Shown: positions 37,055 to 47,563, numbered from the stretch's first letter. The stretch: DNA of 64,000 nt from Candidatus Enterousia sp. (GCA_045614145.1 JAZLCH010000007.1:5806-69805); one strand, 5' to 3'. Notes: a model not told the origin generated them from the letters alone. A program made the numbers and translations.

Positions 37055-38482
37055 TTATACCACTTCTGTATGAAAATGGGCATAAATTTTTTCTGCGATA
37101 TTATCCCCAAGGCCGGGAACGTGTCTTAGTGCGTTCAGGTCGGCGTCAATTATTGCGCGCGGTGTGCCAAAGTGCTGAAGCAGGGCGCGTTTGCGCGCAG
37201 GTCCAATGCCGTCGATTTCGTCCAAGACGGATGCGGTCATTTGTTTTGCGCGCAGTGTGCGATGATATGTGATTACAAAGCGGTGCGCTTCGTCACGGAC
37301 GGTGCGTAGCATCAGAAATAATGCCGAAGCCTTGGGCAGGGTACGATAAATAGTGCCGTCGGGCAGAATAAAGTGTTCGTCGCCATCGCGGACGGCCCCC
37401 TTGGTTACGCCAAAGACGGGTATATTGCTGGCGGCGCGTTTGGCAATGTTCCACTGTGCCATGCCGCCGTCAACGATTATTAAATCTAGTTTTGGGCCGT
37501 GTTCGGTTGCGCGTTTTACAAATTCTGACATCATTGCAATGTCGTTGCCTGCGCGTGATTTGTCGTGTAATTTAAAATGTCTGTAGCCAGATTTTTCAAA
37601 GCCATTATGTCCAAATGTTATCATTGCGCCAACGGGTTGTTTGCCAAACAGGTGTGAATTATCAAATACGCCCGCCAGATTTATTTTTATCTCCAACCAT
37701 TTTTCCAGTTCTGATACATTTTTTTTCCAGTCTAAATTTGGTGTATACGCATGCTTTTGGGCGTTTCCGCGGTTTGAGGTATGTGTGATTGCAGATATTT
37801 TGTCGCGAACAATTGCAGCGGATTCAAAATCCATTTTTTGTGCAAGTGTTTGCATTTGTTGGGTTAGGTCGGATATTATTGGCGCACTGTCGCCGGTTAA
37901 GATTTTGCGCGCTATACGCACGGAATCTGCGTATTTTTGTTTGTCTGGATTGCAGCATGGTGCGCTGCATCGTCCGATTTGGTGTAACAGGCATGGTCGT
38001 GTTCGGTTGCGCATTTGTGTGTCGGTACATGTGCGAATTTGACAGACCTTTTGTATGGTTTTTATTGTTTCGTTCAAACTGGATACAGATGGGTATGGGC
38101 CGTATACGTCGCGACGTTGGTTAATGCGGCCGCGGAATTTTAGTAGGCGTGGAAAATCGCTGGACGTTAATGCCAGCATTGGGTACATTTTACCATCTGT
38201 CAGCATTATGTTATATTTTGGACGTTGCGTTTTTATCAGTTCTTGTTCACGGATAAGGGCGTCTGATTCAGTGGCGACAGTTTCCCATTCAATACGTGAA
38301 ACCAGTGTGCGCATAACCTGTTTGTGTAATTCCAGTTTGTCAATGTCCATGTATTGGTGCAGGCGGTTGGACAGGTTTTTTGCCTTGCCAACATAGAGCA
38401 GGTTATTGTCGCAATCATACATCCGATACACGCCGGGGGCATGTGGTGCGTTTTCAATTAAATCTGAAAATTGAATATTCAT
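37055..38482 (-). CDS. uvrC: Excinuclease ABC subunit C (compact form, 475 aa)
   Basis: GIY-YIG N-terminus (GVYRMYDCDNNLLYVGKAKNL), a Cys cluster, a UVR-like helix, an RNase H-like domain, and a C-terminal HhH (GIGPARKRALLQHFG). Confidence 0.75.
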   Translation of the reverse strand: MNIQFSDLIENAPHAPGVYRMYDCDNNLLYVGKAKNLSNRLHQYMDIDKLELHKQVMRTLVSRIEWETVATESDALIREQELIKTQRPKYNIMLTDGKMYPMLALTSSDFPRLLKFRGRINQRRDVYGPYPSVSSLNETIKTIQKVCQIRTCTDTQMRNRTRPCLLHQIGRCSAPCCNPDKQKYADSVRIARKILTGDSAPIISDLTQQMQTLAQKMDFESAAIVRDKISAITHTSNRGNAQKHAYTPNLDWKKNVSELEKWLEIKINLAGVFDNSHLFGKQPVGAMITFGHNGFEKSGYRHFKLHDKSRAGNDIAMMSEFVKRATEHGPKLDLIIVDGGMAQWNIAKRAASNIPVFGVTKGAVRDGDEHFILPDGTIYRTLPKASALFLMLRTVRDEAHRFVITYHRTLRAKQMTASVLDEIDGIGPARKRALLQHFGTPRAIIDADLNALRHVPGLGDNIAEKIYAHFHTEVV

Positions 38483-38533
38483 AATCTTTATGATAGAATA
38501 TTAATTAGTAAATAGCAAATAAGAGGTTTTTCA

Positions 38534-38998
38534 ATGAATCAGGAATCAGGTCGTTCAATGATTGAAATGCTGGGGGTGTTGGCAATTATGGGGGTTATTA
38601 CCGTTGGGGCAATTGGTATGATTTCAACCGCGATGCGTACGCAAAAATTGACAACTGTTAACGACCAGGTGGTTCAGATGGTTACGATGGTTCGTAACAT
38701 TCATGGTGAATATGATGATTTTTCAAATATGAATGGAACAACTATTTTTGGCGCAATCGGTATGAGTAATCAGAACCCGTATGGTGGGACGTATACTTTG
38801 TCTGTTAATCCGTCAAACCCACGTCAGTTTATTGTTGGGATAAATGGTTTGGGGCAATCTGAGTGCGAATCGCTGTTAGCCAAGGCGTGGTCTGATTCAG
38901 TTGGGTATCAGTTGTCGAATGGTAAACAGGGGGGGGCAACCGGTGATTGTAAATCAGCGGGGGCAAATAATTCTGTTCAGATTGTTTATGGTGAATAA
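38534..38998 (+). CDS. Type IV pilin (prepilin with G/-1, E/+5, C-terminal disulfide pair)
   Basis: MNQESG|RSMIEMLGVLAIMGVITVGAIG class-III signal. A C-terminal C...C pair. 154 aa. Confidence 0.65.
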   Translation: MNQESGRSMIEMLGVLAIMGVITVGAIGMISTAMRTQKLTTVNDQVVQMVTMVRNIHGEYDDFSNMNGTTIFGAIGMSNQNPYGGTYTLSVNPSNPRQFIVGINGLGQSECESLLAKAWSDSVGYQLSNGKQGGATGDCKSAGANNSVQIVYGE

Positions 38999-39025
38999 TT
39001 TATTCGTGCCGGTTAAGGTGTTGGT

Positions 39026-39997
39026 ATGGCAGATTTTGTTGAGGTTTCAAAGGTAGAAGAAGGAACACGCTTGTTGCGTTGGTTTCTGCGGCATTTTCCG
39101 TCAATGCCGCAGCGCGAATTTTATAAACTGTGTCGTGGCGGACAGATACGCGTGAATTCAAAACGTGTTCGGGGTACAGAAATTCTGTGCGCAGGTGATG
39201 CGATTCGCGTGCCGCCAACACTGGTCGGTTATGCAGAGGCAAAACCAAAAAAAACAGAAAGTGGCGAGCATTTTACGCTGGAAGATTTAGAGACATTGCG
39301 AAAATGTATTATTCACAATGATGCGGATATCGTTGTTTTTAATAAACCTGCTGGGTTGGCGGTGCAGGGCGGAACGGGAATTCGGAAATCTGTGGATAAA
39401 ATGGCGACGGCTTTATTCCCGTATGATAAAATTTCATTGGTTCATCGTTTGGATAAAGAGACCAGTGGAATTTTAGTCGTCGCAAAAAATCAAAAGGCGG
39501 CCCAATGTCTGGCGGGACAATTTCAAACAAAAACAGCACACAAGGAATATTTGGCATTGCTGGCCGGGGATGTTAGCCCGAAAAGTGGTGTTATAGATAA
39601 CTATATGTTAAAGGGCCAGGTGTTTGATAGTCCAGGGCGTCTAAATAATGGTGCGGGCCCAAGACCCCAGCGCGCGATTACAGAATATTCGGTGTTAACA
39701 TGTGCTGCGGGGTGTGTCTCGTGGGTGCGGTTTTCGCCGAAAACAGGGCGTACACATCAATTAAGGTTGCACAGTGCGATGTCACTGAATGCGCCAATTG
39801 TTGGCGATTCCTTGTATGGGGGGGCGCAAAAACTGGATGGGGCGGTGGCATCTATGTTGGAGACAAATAATTTGTTCTTGTTCGCCTATAAGCTGACGTT
39901 TCAGCATCCGACAACAGGTCGTATGATGACATTGCGTGCTACGGTGCCTGATTTTATGGTGCCAGTGATGAAGTTTTTAGAATTTAAATTACCGTAA
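39026..39997 (+). CDS. RluA-family 23S rRNA pseudouridine synthase (RluC/RluD-like)
   Basis: S4-like N-terminus, catalytic HRLDKETSG motif. Confidence 0.8.
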   Translation: MADFVEVSKVEEGTRLLRWFLRHFPSMPQREFYKLCRGGQIRVNSKRVRGTEILCAGDAIRVPPTLVGYAEAKPKKTESGEHFTLEDLETLRKCIIHNDADIVVFNKPAGLAVQGGTGIRKSVDKMATALFPYDKISLVHRLDKETSGILVVAKNQKAAQCLAGQFQTKTAHKEYLALLAGDVSPKSGVIDNYMLKGQVFDSPGRLNNGAGPRPQRAITEYSVLTCAAGCVSWVRFSPKTGRTHQLRLHSAMSLNAPIVGDSLYGGAQKLDGAVASMLETNNLFLFAYKLTFQHPTTGRMMTLRATVPDFMVPVMKFLEFKLP

Positions 39998-42069
39998 TGA
40001 GAATTAGAAGAAATGCTTTTTTGCCAATATTGCGAATCGTCGGATTGTTTTTTGTCGGACTGGTTGTGGCGGTTGTGGTGGCATTAAGTCGGGTGAATTT
40101 AGAAACCTTGCGTGGGAATTTGGTTGCAGTGTTGCGTGATGCAACAGGTATGCCGATTGAAATTGATGGGGCGGTGTCTTGGAAATTATCACTGCGACCG
40201 TACGTGGAATTAAGTCAGGTGCGTGTGGCAAATGCAGCCTGGGCCAAGGAAAAGTATGCGTTCAGTGCAGAAAAAATTGACGTTCGGTTGAATTTAGTCT
40301 CGCTGTTTCGTAATCGACCAACAATTCAAAATGTGCGTGTGTATGACGCTGATGTTAATATAGAAAGAAATAGCGATGGGGAATATTCGTTGAAACGCCT
40401 GGCGCGGGTGAGAAAAACGACGGACACTGCCAGTGTGGGGCCGGAAAAGTATCCGTTTCGTGATGCGGGACTGGGGGGTGTTCAGGTTAAGAATTTGCGT
40501 GTAAATTTCTTGGGGGATTTTTATTCGCTGTCTGGTTTAAATGTTCGATTAATGCCGCATGCCCCGGGACGAGAATATTCGGGATGGGTAAAGTCAGGAG
40601 ATGATGTTTTGCCGTTCATTGTTTCTTTTGCAGAATATAATGCCGAACGCAAGATTTATCCTGTCCGCGTTGCGTTATCAACAGGTGGTGGGGATGCATT
40701 GATTGCTAATGTGGCATTAGAAGGTAAAAGTAAAATGCCAATCGACTTTATTATCAAGGGTGATGTCTTTGATGCCGAAAAGTTTGGGCGTTTGTTTAAT
40801 TTGGATATGACGGATGTGCCTGGGTTCAGTGTTAATATGACAGGGGGGATGGACAGAAGAAAAATAACATTGCGAAAATCAGAGGTTGTTTTGCGTGATA
40901 CCAGGTTCAATATTTCAGGAGATTTTGATTGGGGCAAGAAAAATTTAATAATGAATGTTGATATATTTTCGCCGCGTGTTGATTTGGCACAATTGTTCCC
41001 AGGATTGTATGATGAGGGACGGATGCCCAAAAAGAAAAAATTGAATGTATTTAAAAATATCCCATTGTTTGCAGATGAATTGGTGGATAGACAGATAGAC
41101 TTGAATATAAAAATTGATGATTTTGTGGTATATCGTGACTTAAATTTGAATAAACTAAATTTGAATTTGGATGCGCGCGATAATCATGTGCGACTTGATG
41201 TTGATACGGGTTTCGCAGATGGAAATATTAAAATTGGTATCGATGCAGATGTCGAAGAAAATGGGCATATCTGGTTGCAATCTGCGATGCGTGGTGAAAA
41301 GGTCGTGGTCGGAGAAATTTTGAAAGAAATTGGTAATAATGATTTTATATCTGAATTGCCCATGGATTTCGAAGCGTATGTTCGCGCAAATGGCAAGGAT
41401 TTGTCGCAGATTATGCAGACAATCACAGGGCCAGTGCGTGTCTATTCGTCGGGGGCAGGGTATGCGCATTCGGCGCTGGTTGCAAATATGTACGGGACAG
41501 ATTTTTTAACATCACTGCGTCACAGTATCCAAGATTTATTCAGTTCTCAGAAAAAACATGACCAAATAAAGATAAAGTGCGTCGCACTGAATGTTAAGTT
41601 ACGGAACGGAGAATTTGAAACACAGAATGGTTTCGCAATTGAAACTAATGCGATTAATGTTCGGTTGGCAGGGGCGCTGAATTTAGGGGGCGAGGAAATG
41701 CGTCTGTCTTTGACGACTGTGCCGGTGCGTGGGTTGAAATTGTCGCTGACGGGGAATGTTGTTAATTCTGTATCTTTGTCTGGCAGTTTGGCCCAACCAG
41801 ATATAAAAATCAGCGGCGCTGCCATGGTAGGCAAGGTCGCGTCTGCAACCGGTTTGGGATTGTTGTTGGCGCCTTTTACAGGTGGTATCAGTTTGGTGGC
41901 GGGCGCAGGTATTGGTTTGGTCGCAGGAGATTTGCTGGAAAACTGGTTGGCGGACAGTAATCCGTGTCAGACCGCCTTGGAATATGGTGCGCCGGATAAG
42001 CATGATGATCCAGAATGGATGGCACAACCGATGTCAGAATTAATGAAATTTGTTTTTGTAGAAAATTAA
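39997..42069 (+). CDS. AsmA-family protein (outer membrane assembly-related), 690 aa
   Basis: N-terminal TM anchor followed by a long beta-rich periplasmic region typical of the AsmA family. Confidence 0.6.
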   Translation: MRIRRNAFLPILRIVGLFFVGLVVAVVVALSRVNLETLRGNLVAVLRDATGMPIEIDGAVSWKLSLRPYVELSQVRVANAAWAKEKYAFSAEKIDVRLNLVSLFRNRPTIQNVRVYDADVNIERNSDGEYSLKRLARVRKTTDTASVGPEKYPFRDAGLGGVQVKNLRVNFLGDFYSLSGLNVRLMPHAPGREYSGWVKSGDDVLPFIVSFAEYNAERKIYPVRVALSTGGGDALIANVALEGKSKMPIDFIIKGDVFDAEKFGRLFNLDMTDVPGFSVNMTGGMDRRKITLRKSEVVLRDTRFNISGDFDWGKKNLIMNVDIFSPRVDLAQLFPGLYDEGRMPKKKKLNVFKNIPLFADELVDRQIDLNIKIDDFVVYRDLNLNKLNLNLDARDNHVRLDVDTGFADGNIKIGIDADVEENGHIWLQSAMRGEKVVVGEILKEIGNNDFISELPMDFEAYVRANGKDLSQIMQTITGPVRVYSSGAGYAHSALVANMYGTDFLTSLRHSIQDLFSSQKKHDQIKIKCVALNVKLRNGEFETQNGFAIETNAINVRLAGALNLGGEEMRLSLTTVPVRGLKLSLTGNVVNSVSLSGSLAQPDIKISGAAMVGKVASATGLGLLLAPFTGGISLVAGAGIGLVAGDLLENWLADSNPCQTALEYGAPDKHDDPEWMAQPMSELMKFVFVEN

Positions 42070-42196
42070 AATCTGTTAGTCGTTTTCGCTTTTGTTGTGA
42101 CTGCTTTTGGTCTTGCACCGAATCGGGGTTTTTTGGTAAAGTTGGGGTAAAAGAGTGTAGGTTACACAAATTTTATAAGGAAACAGGAGTAGTATT

Positions 42197-43315
42197 ATGG
42201 AATTTTCAGTGTTTCGTCAGGTCTTGATACGTGCGCTGGGGCATATGCAGTCGATTGTGGAAAAGCGCGCGACATTGCCTATTTTGATGAATGTTAAAAT
42301 AGAAGCGGCAGATGATTTAATTTTATCGGCGACCAATGTGGATTTGGAATTGGTTGAACATGTGGCGGCAGATATCACACTGGGGGGCAAGATTACTGTG
42401 CCGGTTCAGATGTTGTATGATATTGTTCGTAAATTGCCAGATGATGCAGAAATTTCTTTTAAACAGTCTGGTGACCAGTTGGTTGTATCCAGTGGACGCG
42501 CAGTATTCCGTCTGCCAACATTGCCAGCAGAAAATTTCCCAGCAATGGCGGGCAGTAATTTGACAACTAAATTCCAGATGACAACAGGTGATTTGGCGCA
42601 TCTGATTAATCAGACGAAATTTGCAATTCCAACAGATGATGTGCGCTATCATTTGGGGGGGATTTATTTCCATATTGCAGACGAAGGCGATACGAAAAAA
42701 TTGACTGCGGTTGCAACTGATGCCCAGCGTATGGCGCTGTGTGCAATGCCGGCGCCGGTGGGCAGTGCAGAAATGCCATCGGTTATTTTGCCACGTCGTG
42801 TGATTGGGGAATTGTCAAAATTGTTGGAAGATGCCAATGTTGATGATGTTATGGTTGAATTGTCCGATACCAAGGCGCGCTTTACAGTTGGCACTGCAAC
42901 ATTGACCAGTAAATTGGTTGATGCGCAATATCCAAACTATCGCGTTGTAATCCCTAAGGGGAATGACAAGATTGCAATCTTGGACAGAAAACAGTTTATT
43001 AATGCGGTTGACTTGGTTTCGGTTGCCAGTGTTGATAAGACAAAATCTGTTCAATTGACATTCAGTATGAACAAGTTGGTTATTAATGCATCCAGTCCAG
43101 ATGCAGGAACCGCAACCCAGGAATTGGATATTGAATACAATGGCGACAGTTCCTTTACAGTTGTGTTTAATGTAAAGTTCTTGTTGGATGTTGCAGGTCA
43201 GGTCGAAGGTGAAAAGTTCCAGATGGAAATGCAGGACCCGTTGGCACCGACCAAGATTAATTCAGTTGATAAAGATACGGATGCGTTATATGTATTAATG
43301 CCAATGCGCATGTAA
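42197..43315 (+). CDS. dnaN: DNA polymerase III beta subunit (sliding clamp)
   Basis: Three-domain beta-clamp, 372 aa, N-terminus MEFSVFRQVLIRALGHMQSIVEKRATLPILMNVKIEA. Confidence 0.9.
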   Translation: MEFSVFRQVLIRALGHMQSIVEKRATLPILMNVKIEAADDLILSATNVDLELVEHVAADITLGGKITVPVQMLYDIVRKLPDDAEISFKQSGDQLVVSSGRAVFRLPTLPAENFPAMAGSNLTTKFQMTTGDLAHLINQTKFAIPTDDVRYHLGGIYFHIADEGDTKKLTAVATDAQRMALCAMPAPVGSAEMPSVILPRRVIGELSKLLEDANVDDVMVELSDTKARFTVGTATLTSKLVDAQYPNYRVVIPKGNDKIAILDRKQFINAVDLVSVASVDKTKSVQLTFSMNKLVINASSPDAGTATQELDIEYNGDSSFTVVFNVKFLLDVAGQVEGEKFQMEMQDPLAPTKINSVDKDTDALYVLMPMRM

Positions 43316-43321
43316 AAAGTG

Positions 43322-43421
43322 AATTATAATAATTCATCTAAAAACAAATCGAGAATCTCATGTAGCGTTTGTACACTACGATTCTCGATTTGTTTTTATC
43401 TAAATCATTCTAATTTATTTT
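43322..43421 (+). repeat. Conserved-loop hairpin repeat element, copy A (directly 3' of dnaN)
   Basis: Stem AAAAACAAATCGAGAATC...GATTCTCGATTTGTTTTT around the loop TCATGTAGCGTTTGTACACTACG. Shares about 100 bp with the copy at 55658-55756. Confidence 0.8.
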
Positions 43422-43519
43422 CAATAAAACTTAATGGTGTATTAAAAAATAATTTGGAACACTTATGCATTGTTGGTATACAGTGTGTTTCTGATTCATT
43501 TGTCTTTTAATTTTTTATA

Positions 43520-43552
43520 AAAAAAATCCCGTCGGTTGACGGGATTTTTTGT
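43520..43552. terminator. Bidirectional terminator (tsf 3' end)
   Basis: ATCCCGTCGGTTGACGGGAT hairpin with T-runs on both strands. Confidence 0.7.
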
Positions 43553-43565
43553 TTGGGTTTGTATA

Positions 43566-44435
43566 TTAACCCAGCATTTTTGCAACTTCATCAGCCAGGT
43601 TGTCTTCGCGTTTTTCAATACCTTCGCCCAGTACGAAATATGCAAATCCAGCCAATTTGCCGTTTGCGTCTGCGATAACTTCGCGTACAGTCTTGGAAGG
43701 GTCCATAACGAATGGCTGTTCTTCCAGAACTGATTCGCCATAGTATTTTTTTATACGGCCTTCGACCATCTTTTCAACGATGTTTTCTGGTTTGCCAGCA
43801 GTTGCACCCGATTCGATAAATACTTTCTTTTCGCGTTCAACAGCCACCGGATCAACGTCGGCAATTGTCATGAATTCTGGTTTGTTTGCAGCAATGTGCA
43901 TTGCAATTTTTGAACCGATTTCATCGATTTTTGCATCGTCGCCGTTAATTGCAACTGCAACACCAATCTGACCCATGCCTGGGACCAATGCATTGTGGAT
44001 GTATGTAAAGATTTTGTCGCCTTCTACTTTGGCAATGCGGCGCAAATTCATATTTTCGCCGATTGTTGAAATTGTTGCGGCAATGTCGTCTTTTACAGCG
44101 GCCATTGTTGCGTCAAAATCACCTTTTAATTCGGCGGCTTTGTTTGCAACGTCTGCAACCAATTTCTGGAATTTTTCATTCTTTGCAACAAAGTCTGTTT
44201 CTGCGTTCAATTCAACAACGCAACCCATGTTGTCGCATTTTACAACAGTTACCAAGCCTGATGCAGCAACACGACCGGCCTTGGATGCAGCTTTTACGAT
44301 ACCTTTCTGGCGCAACCAATCGGCAGCAGCCTGGATATCGCCATCGTTTTCCATCAAGGCTTTTTTACAATCCATCATACCTGCAGATGTTTTTTCACGC
44401 AGTTCTTGGATTAATTTTGCTGTAATTTCTGCCAT
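43566..44435 (-). CDS. tsf: Elongation factor Ts
   Basis: MAEITAKLIQELREKTSAGMMDCKKAL, 289 aa. Confidence 0.9.
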   Translation of the reverse strand: MAEITAKLIQELREKTSAGMMDCKKALMENDGDIQAAADWLRQKGIVKAASKAGRVAASGLVTVVKCDNMGCVVELNAETDFVAKNEKFQKLVADVANKAAELKGDFDATMAAVKDDIAATISTIGENMNLRRIAKVEGDKIFTYIHNALVPGMGQIGVAVAINGDDAKIDEIGSKIAMHIAANKPEFMTIADVDPVAVEREKKVFIESGATAGKPENIVEKMVEGRIKKYYGESVLEEQPFVMDPSKTVREVIADANGKLAGFAYFVLGEGIEKREDNLADEVAKMLG

Positions 44436-44518
44436 GTGTAATCTCCCATAATGTGTTTTAATAAAAGAATTCTTGTGGCACGGGGAAAATCCCCGTGCAT
44501 TTTATATTGCAGATAATA

Positions 44519-45370
44519 TTATTTGTCTGCTTTGTCAGCCTGTTTGCCGCGACGTTCGGCACGTGCTTCGGATGTCTTGGATTTAATCTTGGCTTCTTTT
44601 TCCTTGATTTCATCTTCGAATTCATCGGCTGCATCTGCCTTGATGTCTGCTTCGGCTTTCTTACCAGCGGCGCCGCCCAGACGTTTTTCAATACCAGATA
44701 AGATTGCGTCTACGAATAAATCGCAATATAACTGGGTCGCGCGTGCAGCGTCATCGTTGCCAGGGACCGGGTAGTCAACCATTTCTGGATTCGCGTTTGT
44801 GTCGCAAATCGCAATTGTTGGAATGTCCAGGTTTTTAGCTTCGCGGACAGCGTTCATTTCGCGTGGAACGTCAATAACGACCATTGCCTGTGGTGTGCCG
44901 TGCATTTCCATGATACCACCGAAAATGTCGCGCAATTTTTCAACTTCTTTGGTCATAACACCAACTTCTTTCTTGGTCAGACCCAATTTGTCGGCGTTTG
45001 CAATGTCTGCTTCCATTTTCTTTAGGCGACGGATAGACTGAGAAACCGTAGACCAGTTTGTCATCATACCACCCAACCAACGGTTGTTTACATAGTATTG
45101 TCCGCAACGTTCAGCCGCATCTTTTACGATGTCTTTGGCCTGATGTTTCGTTGCAACAAACAATATTTTGCCACCGGCGGCTGCAATCGCTTCTAATGCG
45201 ACCAAGGAACGGTGCAACAATGGTGCAGTTTTGTTCAAATTGATGATATGGATTTTGTCTTTTACGCCATAAACATATGGTGTCATCAACGGATTCCAGC
45301 GACGTGTGTGGTGACCAAAATGCACACCAGCTTCCATCAGCTGTTTCATTGTAAATGTTGGCAATGCCAT
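44519..45370 (-). CDS. rpsB: 30S ribosomal protein S2
   Basis: MKQLMEAGVHFGHHTRRWNP motif. A Lys/Glu-rich C-terminal tail. 283 aa. Confidence 0.9.
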   Translation of the reverse strand: MALPTFTMKQLMEAGVHFGHHTRRWNPLMTPYVYGVKDKIHIINLNKTAPLLHRSLVALEAIAAAGGKILFVATKHQAKDIVKDAAERCGQYYVNNRWLGGMMTNWSTVSQSIRRLKKMEADIANADKLGLTKKEVGVMTKEVEKLRDIFGGIMEMHGTPQAMVVIDVPREMNAVREAKNLDIPTIAICDTNANPEMVDYPVPGNDDAARATQLYCDLFVDAILSGIEKRLGGAAGKKAEADIKADAADEFEDEIKEKEAKIKSKTSEARAERRGKQADKADK

Positions 45371-45552
45371 GATTTATCCTTTGTTTTTTCTGTTGTTATC
45401 CTCGTCGTGTGTGGCAGACCAGGGCGTGCCCCAGACAGAAATTTTACATCACGACTGTGTTATTCGCACCGCAGTGCGTGCCGTGATAATAGTCTATTAT
45501 ATATGAAAAATCAAGTAAAATTATAAAAATAATCTGTGAAAATATATAAAAA

Positions 45553-45580
45553 ATCCCCCGCGTATGCGGGGGGATTTTTA
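45553..45580 (-). terminator. Terminator after typA
   Basis: ATCCCCCGCGTATGCGGGGGAT hairpin with a T-run on the minus strand. Confidence 0.65.
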
Positions 45581-47410
45581 TTCGTCTATGTGTTTCTTTA
45601 ATTTTTTACGGGTGTTGCTGTCCAGTTCTTTTTTGCGCAGACGAATTGTATCAGGTGTGATTTCAACCAATTCGTCGTCCAAGATATAGGACAAGGCTTC
45701 TTCCAGCGAAATGCGACGCGGTGGTGCCAAGAATAATTTTTCATCGGCAGTGACCGAACGCATGTTTGTTAATTCTTTACCCTTGATTGGGTTGACTTCC
45801 AAATCATTTTCTTTGCTGTGTTCGCCGATAATCATACCGGAATAAACCTCGGTCTGGGGGTCAATGAACAGTGTGCCGCGTGGTTGCAGATTAAACAGTG
45901 CATATGTTGCGGCTGTGCCTTTCTCCATTGATACCAATACACCGGGGCGGTATTGCTGAATCGCACCGCGGTATGTGTCGTATTTATCAAATACGCGGTT
46001 CATAATGCCAGTGCCGCGCGTGTCAGTGCGAAATTCAGACAGGTATCCAATCAATCCGCGTGATGGGGCAGAAAATACAATACGTGTTTTGCCTGCACCA
46101 GATGCCTTCATTTCGGTGATTGTTGCCTTGCGCTTGGTCATTTTTTCAATAACGACACCGCTGAATTCGTCGTCTACATCAATTACGACGTCTTCGATTG
46201 GTTCTAACTTTTCGCCGTTTTCGTTTGTTTGCATTACAACGCGTGGGCGCGATACGGACAATTCAAAGCCTTCGCGACGCATTGTTTCAATTAAAATGCC
46301 CAGCTGCAATTCGCCACGACCAGAAACTTCGAATGCTTCGTTGTTTTCACTTTGTTCAACTTTTAATGCAATGTTTGTTTCGGCTTCTTTAAATAATCTT
46401 TCGCCAATCATGCGGGATGTTAATTTCTTGCCGGATTTACCAGCCAAAGGTGATGTGTTTACAAAAAATGTCATCGTCAGGGTTGGCGGGTCAATCGGCA
46501 TTGCAGGAATCGGTTCGGTGACAGATGGGTCACATAAAGTGTCGGCCACGGTCGCCTTGGAAAAGCCGGCAACAACCACAATGTCGCCTGCGGATGCGGT
46601 ATCGCGGGAAATCTTTTCAATGCCACGATGTTCGATGATTTTTGTAATCTTGGCGTTTTCAATAAATTCGCCATTGCGATTTATTGCCTTGACCGATTGG
46701 CCAACGCGAACGGTGCCAGATTCAATTTTGCCGGTCAGAATACGGCCGACGTACGGGTCCGCTTCCAGTGTGGTGGCCAGCATTGTAAATGGTGCGTCCA
46801 GTTGACAACGGCTGCCGTTGCAATCAGGGGCCGGAACATGGTCAACAATTAATTGGAATAATGGGGTCAGGTCTTTGCGTTCGTCATTTAAATCGCGTAC
46901 CGCCCAACCATCACGGCCAACAGAATATAAATATGGGAAATCCAGTTGGGAATCGGTAGCACCCAGTTTGTCAAATAAATCAAATGTTTCGGTTAAGACT
47001 TCGTCAGGGCGTGCGTCGGCACGGTCAACCTTGTTAATACATACGATTGGGCGCAGCCCCAGCTTTAATGCCTTGGACAATACGAATTTAGTCTGGGGCA
47101 GGGGGCCTTCGGCACTGTCGACCAACAGGACAACACCATCAACCATGGATAAAATGCGTTCAACTTCGCCGCCAAAGTCTGCGTGCCCAGGCGTGTCAAC
47201 AATGTTAATTTTGTATTCGCCCCACTGAATCGAAGTTGGCTTGGCAGAAATAGTAATGCCGCGTTCGCGTTCGATATCACCACTGTCCATAACGCGTTCG
47301 TCAACGCGTTCGTTGTCGCGGAATGTTCCTGCTTGTTTTAGCATATTGTCAACCAATGTGGTTTTGCCATGGTCAACGTGCGCAATAATTGCAATGTTGC
47401 GAATTTTCAT
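45578..47410 (-). CDS. typA: Translational GTPase TypA/BipA
   Basis: AHVDHGKTT, DTPGHADF, NKVD GTPase motifs and the EF-G-like domain layout. 610 aa. Confidence 0.9.
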   Translation of the reverse strand: MKIRNIAIIAHVDHGKTTLVDNMLKQAGTFRDNERVDERVMDSGDIERERGITISAKPTSIQWGEYKINIVDTPGHADFGGEVERILSMVDGVVLLVDSAEGPLPQTKFVLSKALKLGLRPIVCINKVDRADARPDEVLTETFDLFDKLGATDSQLDFPYLYSVGRDGWAVRDLNDERKDLTPLFQLIVDHVPAPDCNGSRCQLDAPFTMLATTLEADPYVGRILTGKIESGTVRVGQSVKAINRNGEFIENAKITKIIEHRGIEKISRDTASAGDIVVVAGFSKATVADTLCDPSVTEPIPAMPIDPPTLTMTFFVNTSPLAGKSGKKLTSRMIGERLFKEAETNIALKVEQSENNEAFEVSGRGELQLGILIETMRREGFELSVSRPRVVMQTNENGEKLEPIEDVVIDVDDEFSGVVIEKMTKRKATITEMKASGAGKTRIVFSAPSRGLIGYLSEFRTDTRGTGIMNRVFDKYDTYRGAIQQYRPGVLVSMEKGTAATYALFNLQPRGTLFIDPQTEVYSGMIIGEHSKENDLEVNPIKGKELTNMRSVTADEKLFLAPPRRISLEEALSYILDDELVEITPDTIRLRKKELDSNTRKKLKKHIDE

Positions 47411-47563
47411 GATTGTATCCCTAAAATTTTGTTTTAATTAGGTACAGGGTATAACTAAAAATAAGAAATTTCAACTTTTTTTATGCAAAAGGTTGACATT
47501 TGTTTGTGTTTGTCTATATTTGTAGTGTGAGTTGTTAATAACCGTAAACAAAGGAGACATGAA

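Noticed and set aside
37055-38482. Short (475 aa) UvrC as a possible truncated pseudogene
   Set aside because: GIY-YIG, Cys cluster, UVR-like helix, RNase H-like and HhH regions are all present in order with no frameshift. It is simply a compact orthologue.
45975-46805. 276-aa ORF on the + strand
   Set aside because: Lies entirely antisense within typA, whose GTPase motifs are strongly conserved. Low-complexity S/T/P-rich translation, typical of a shadow ORF.
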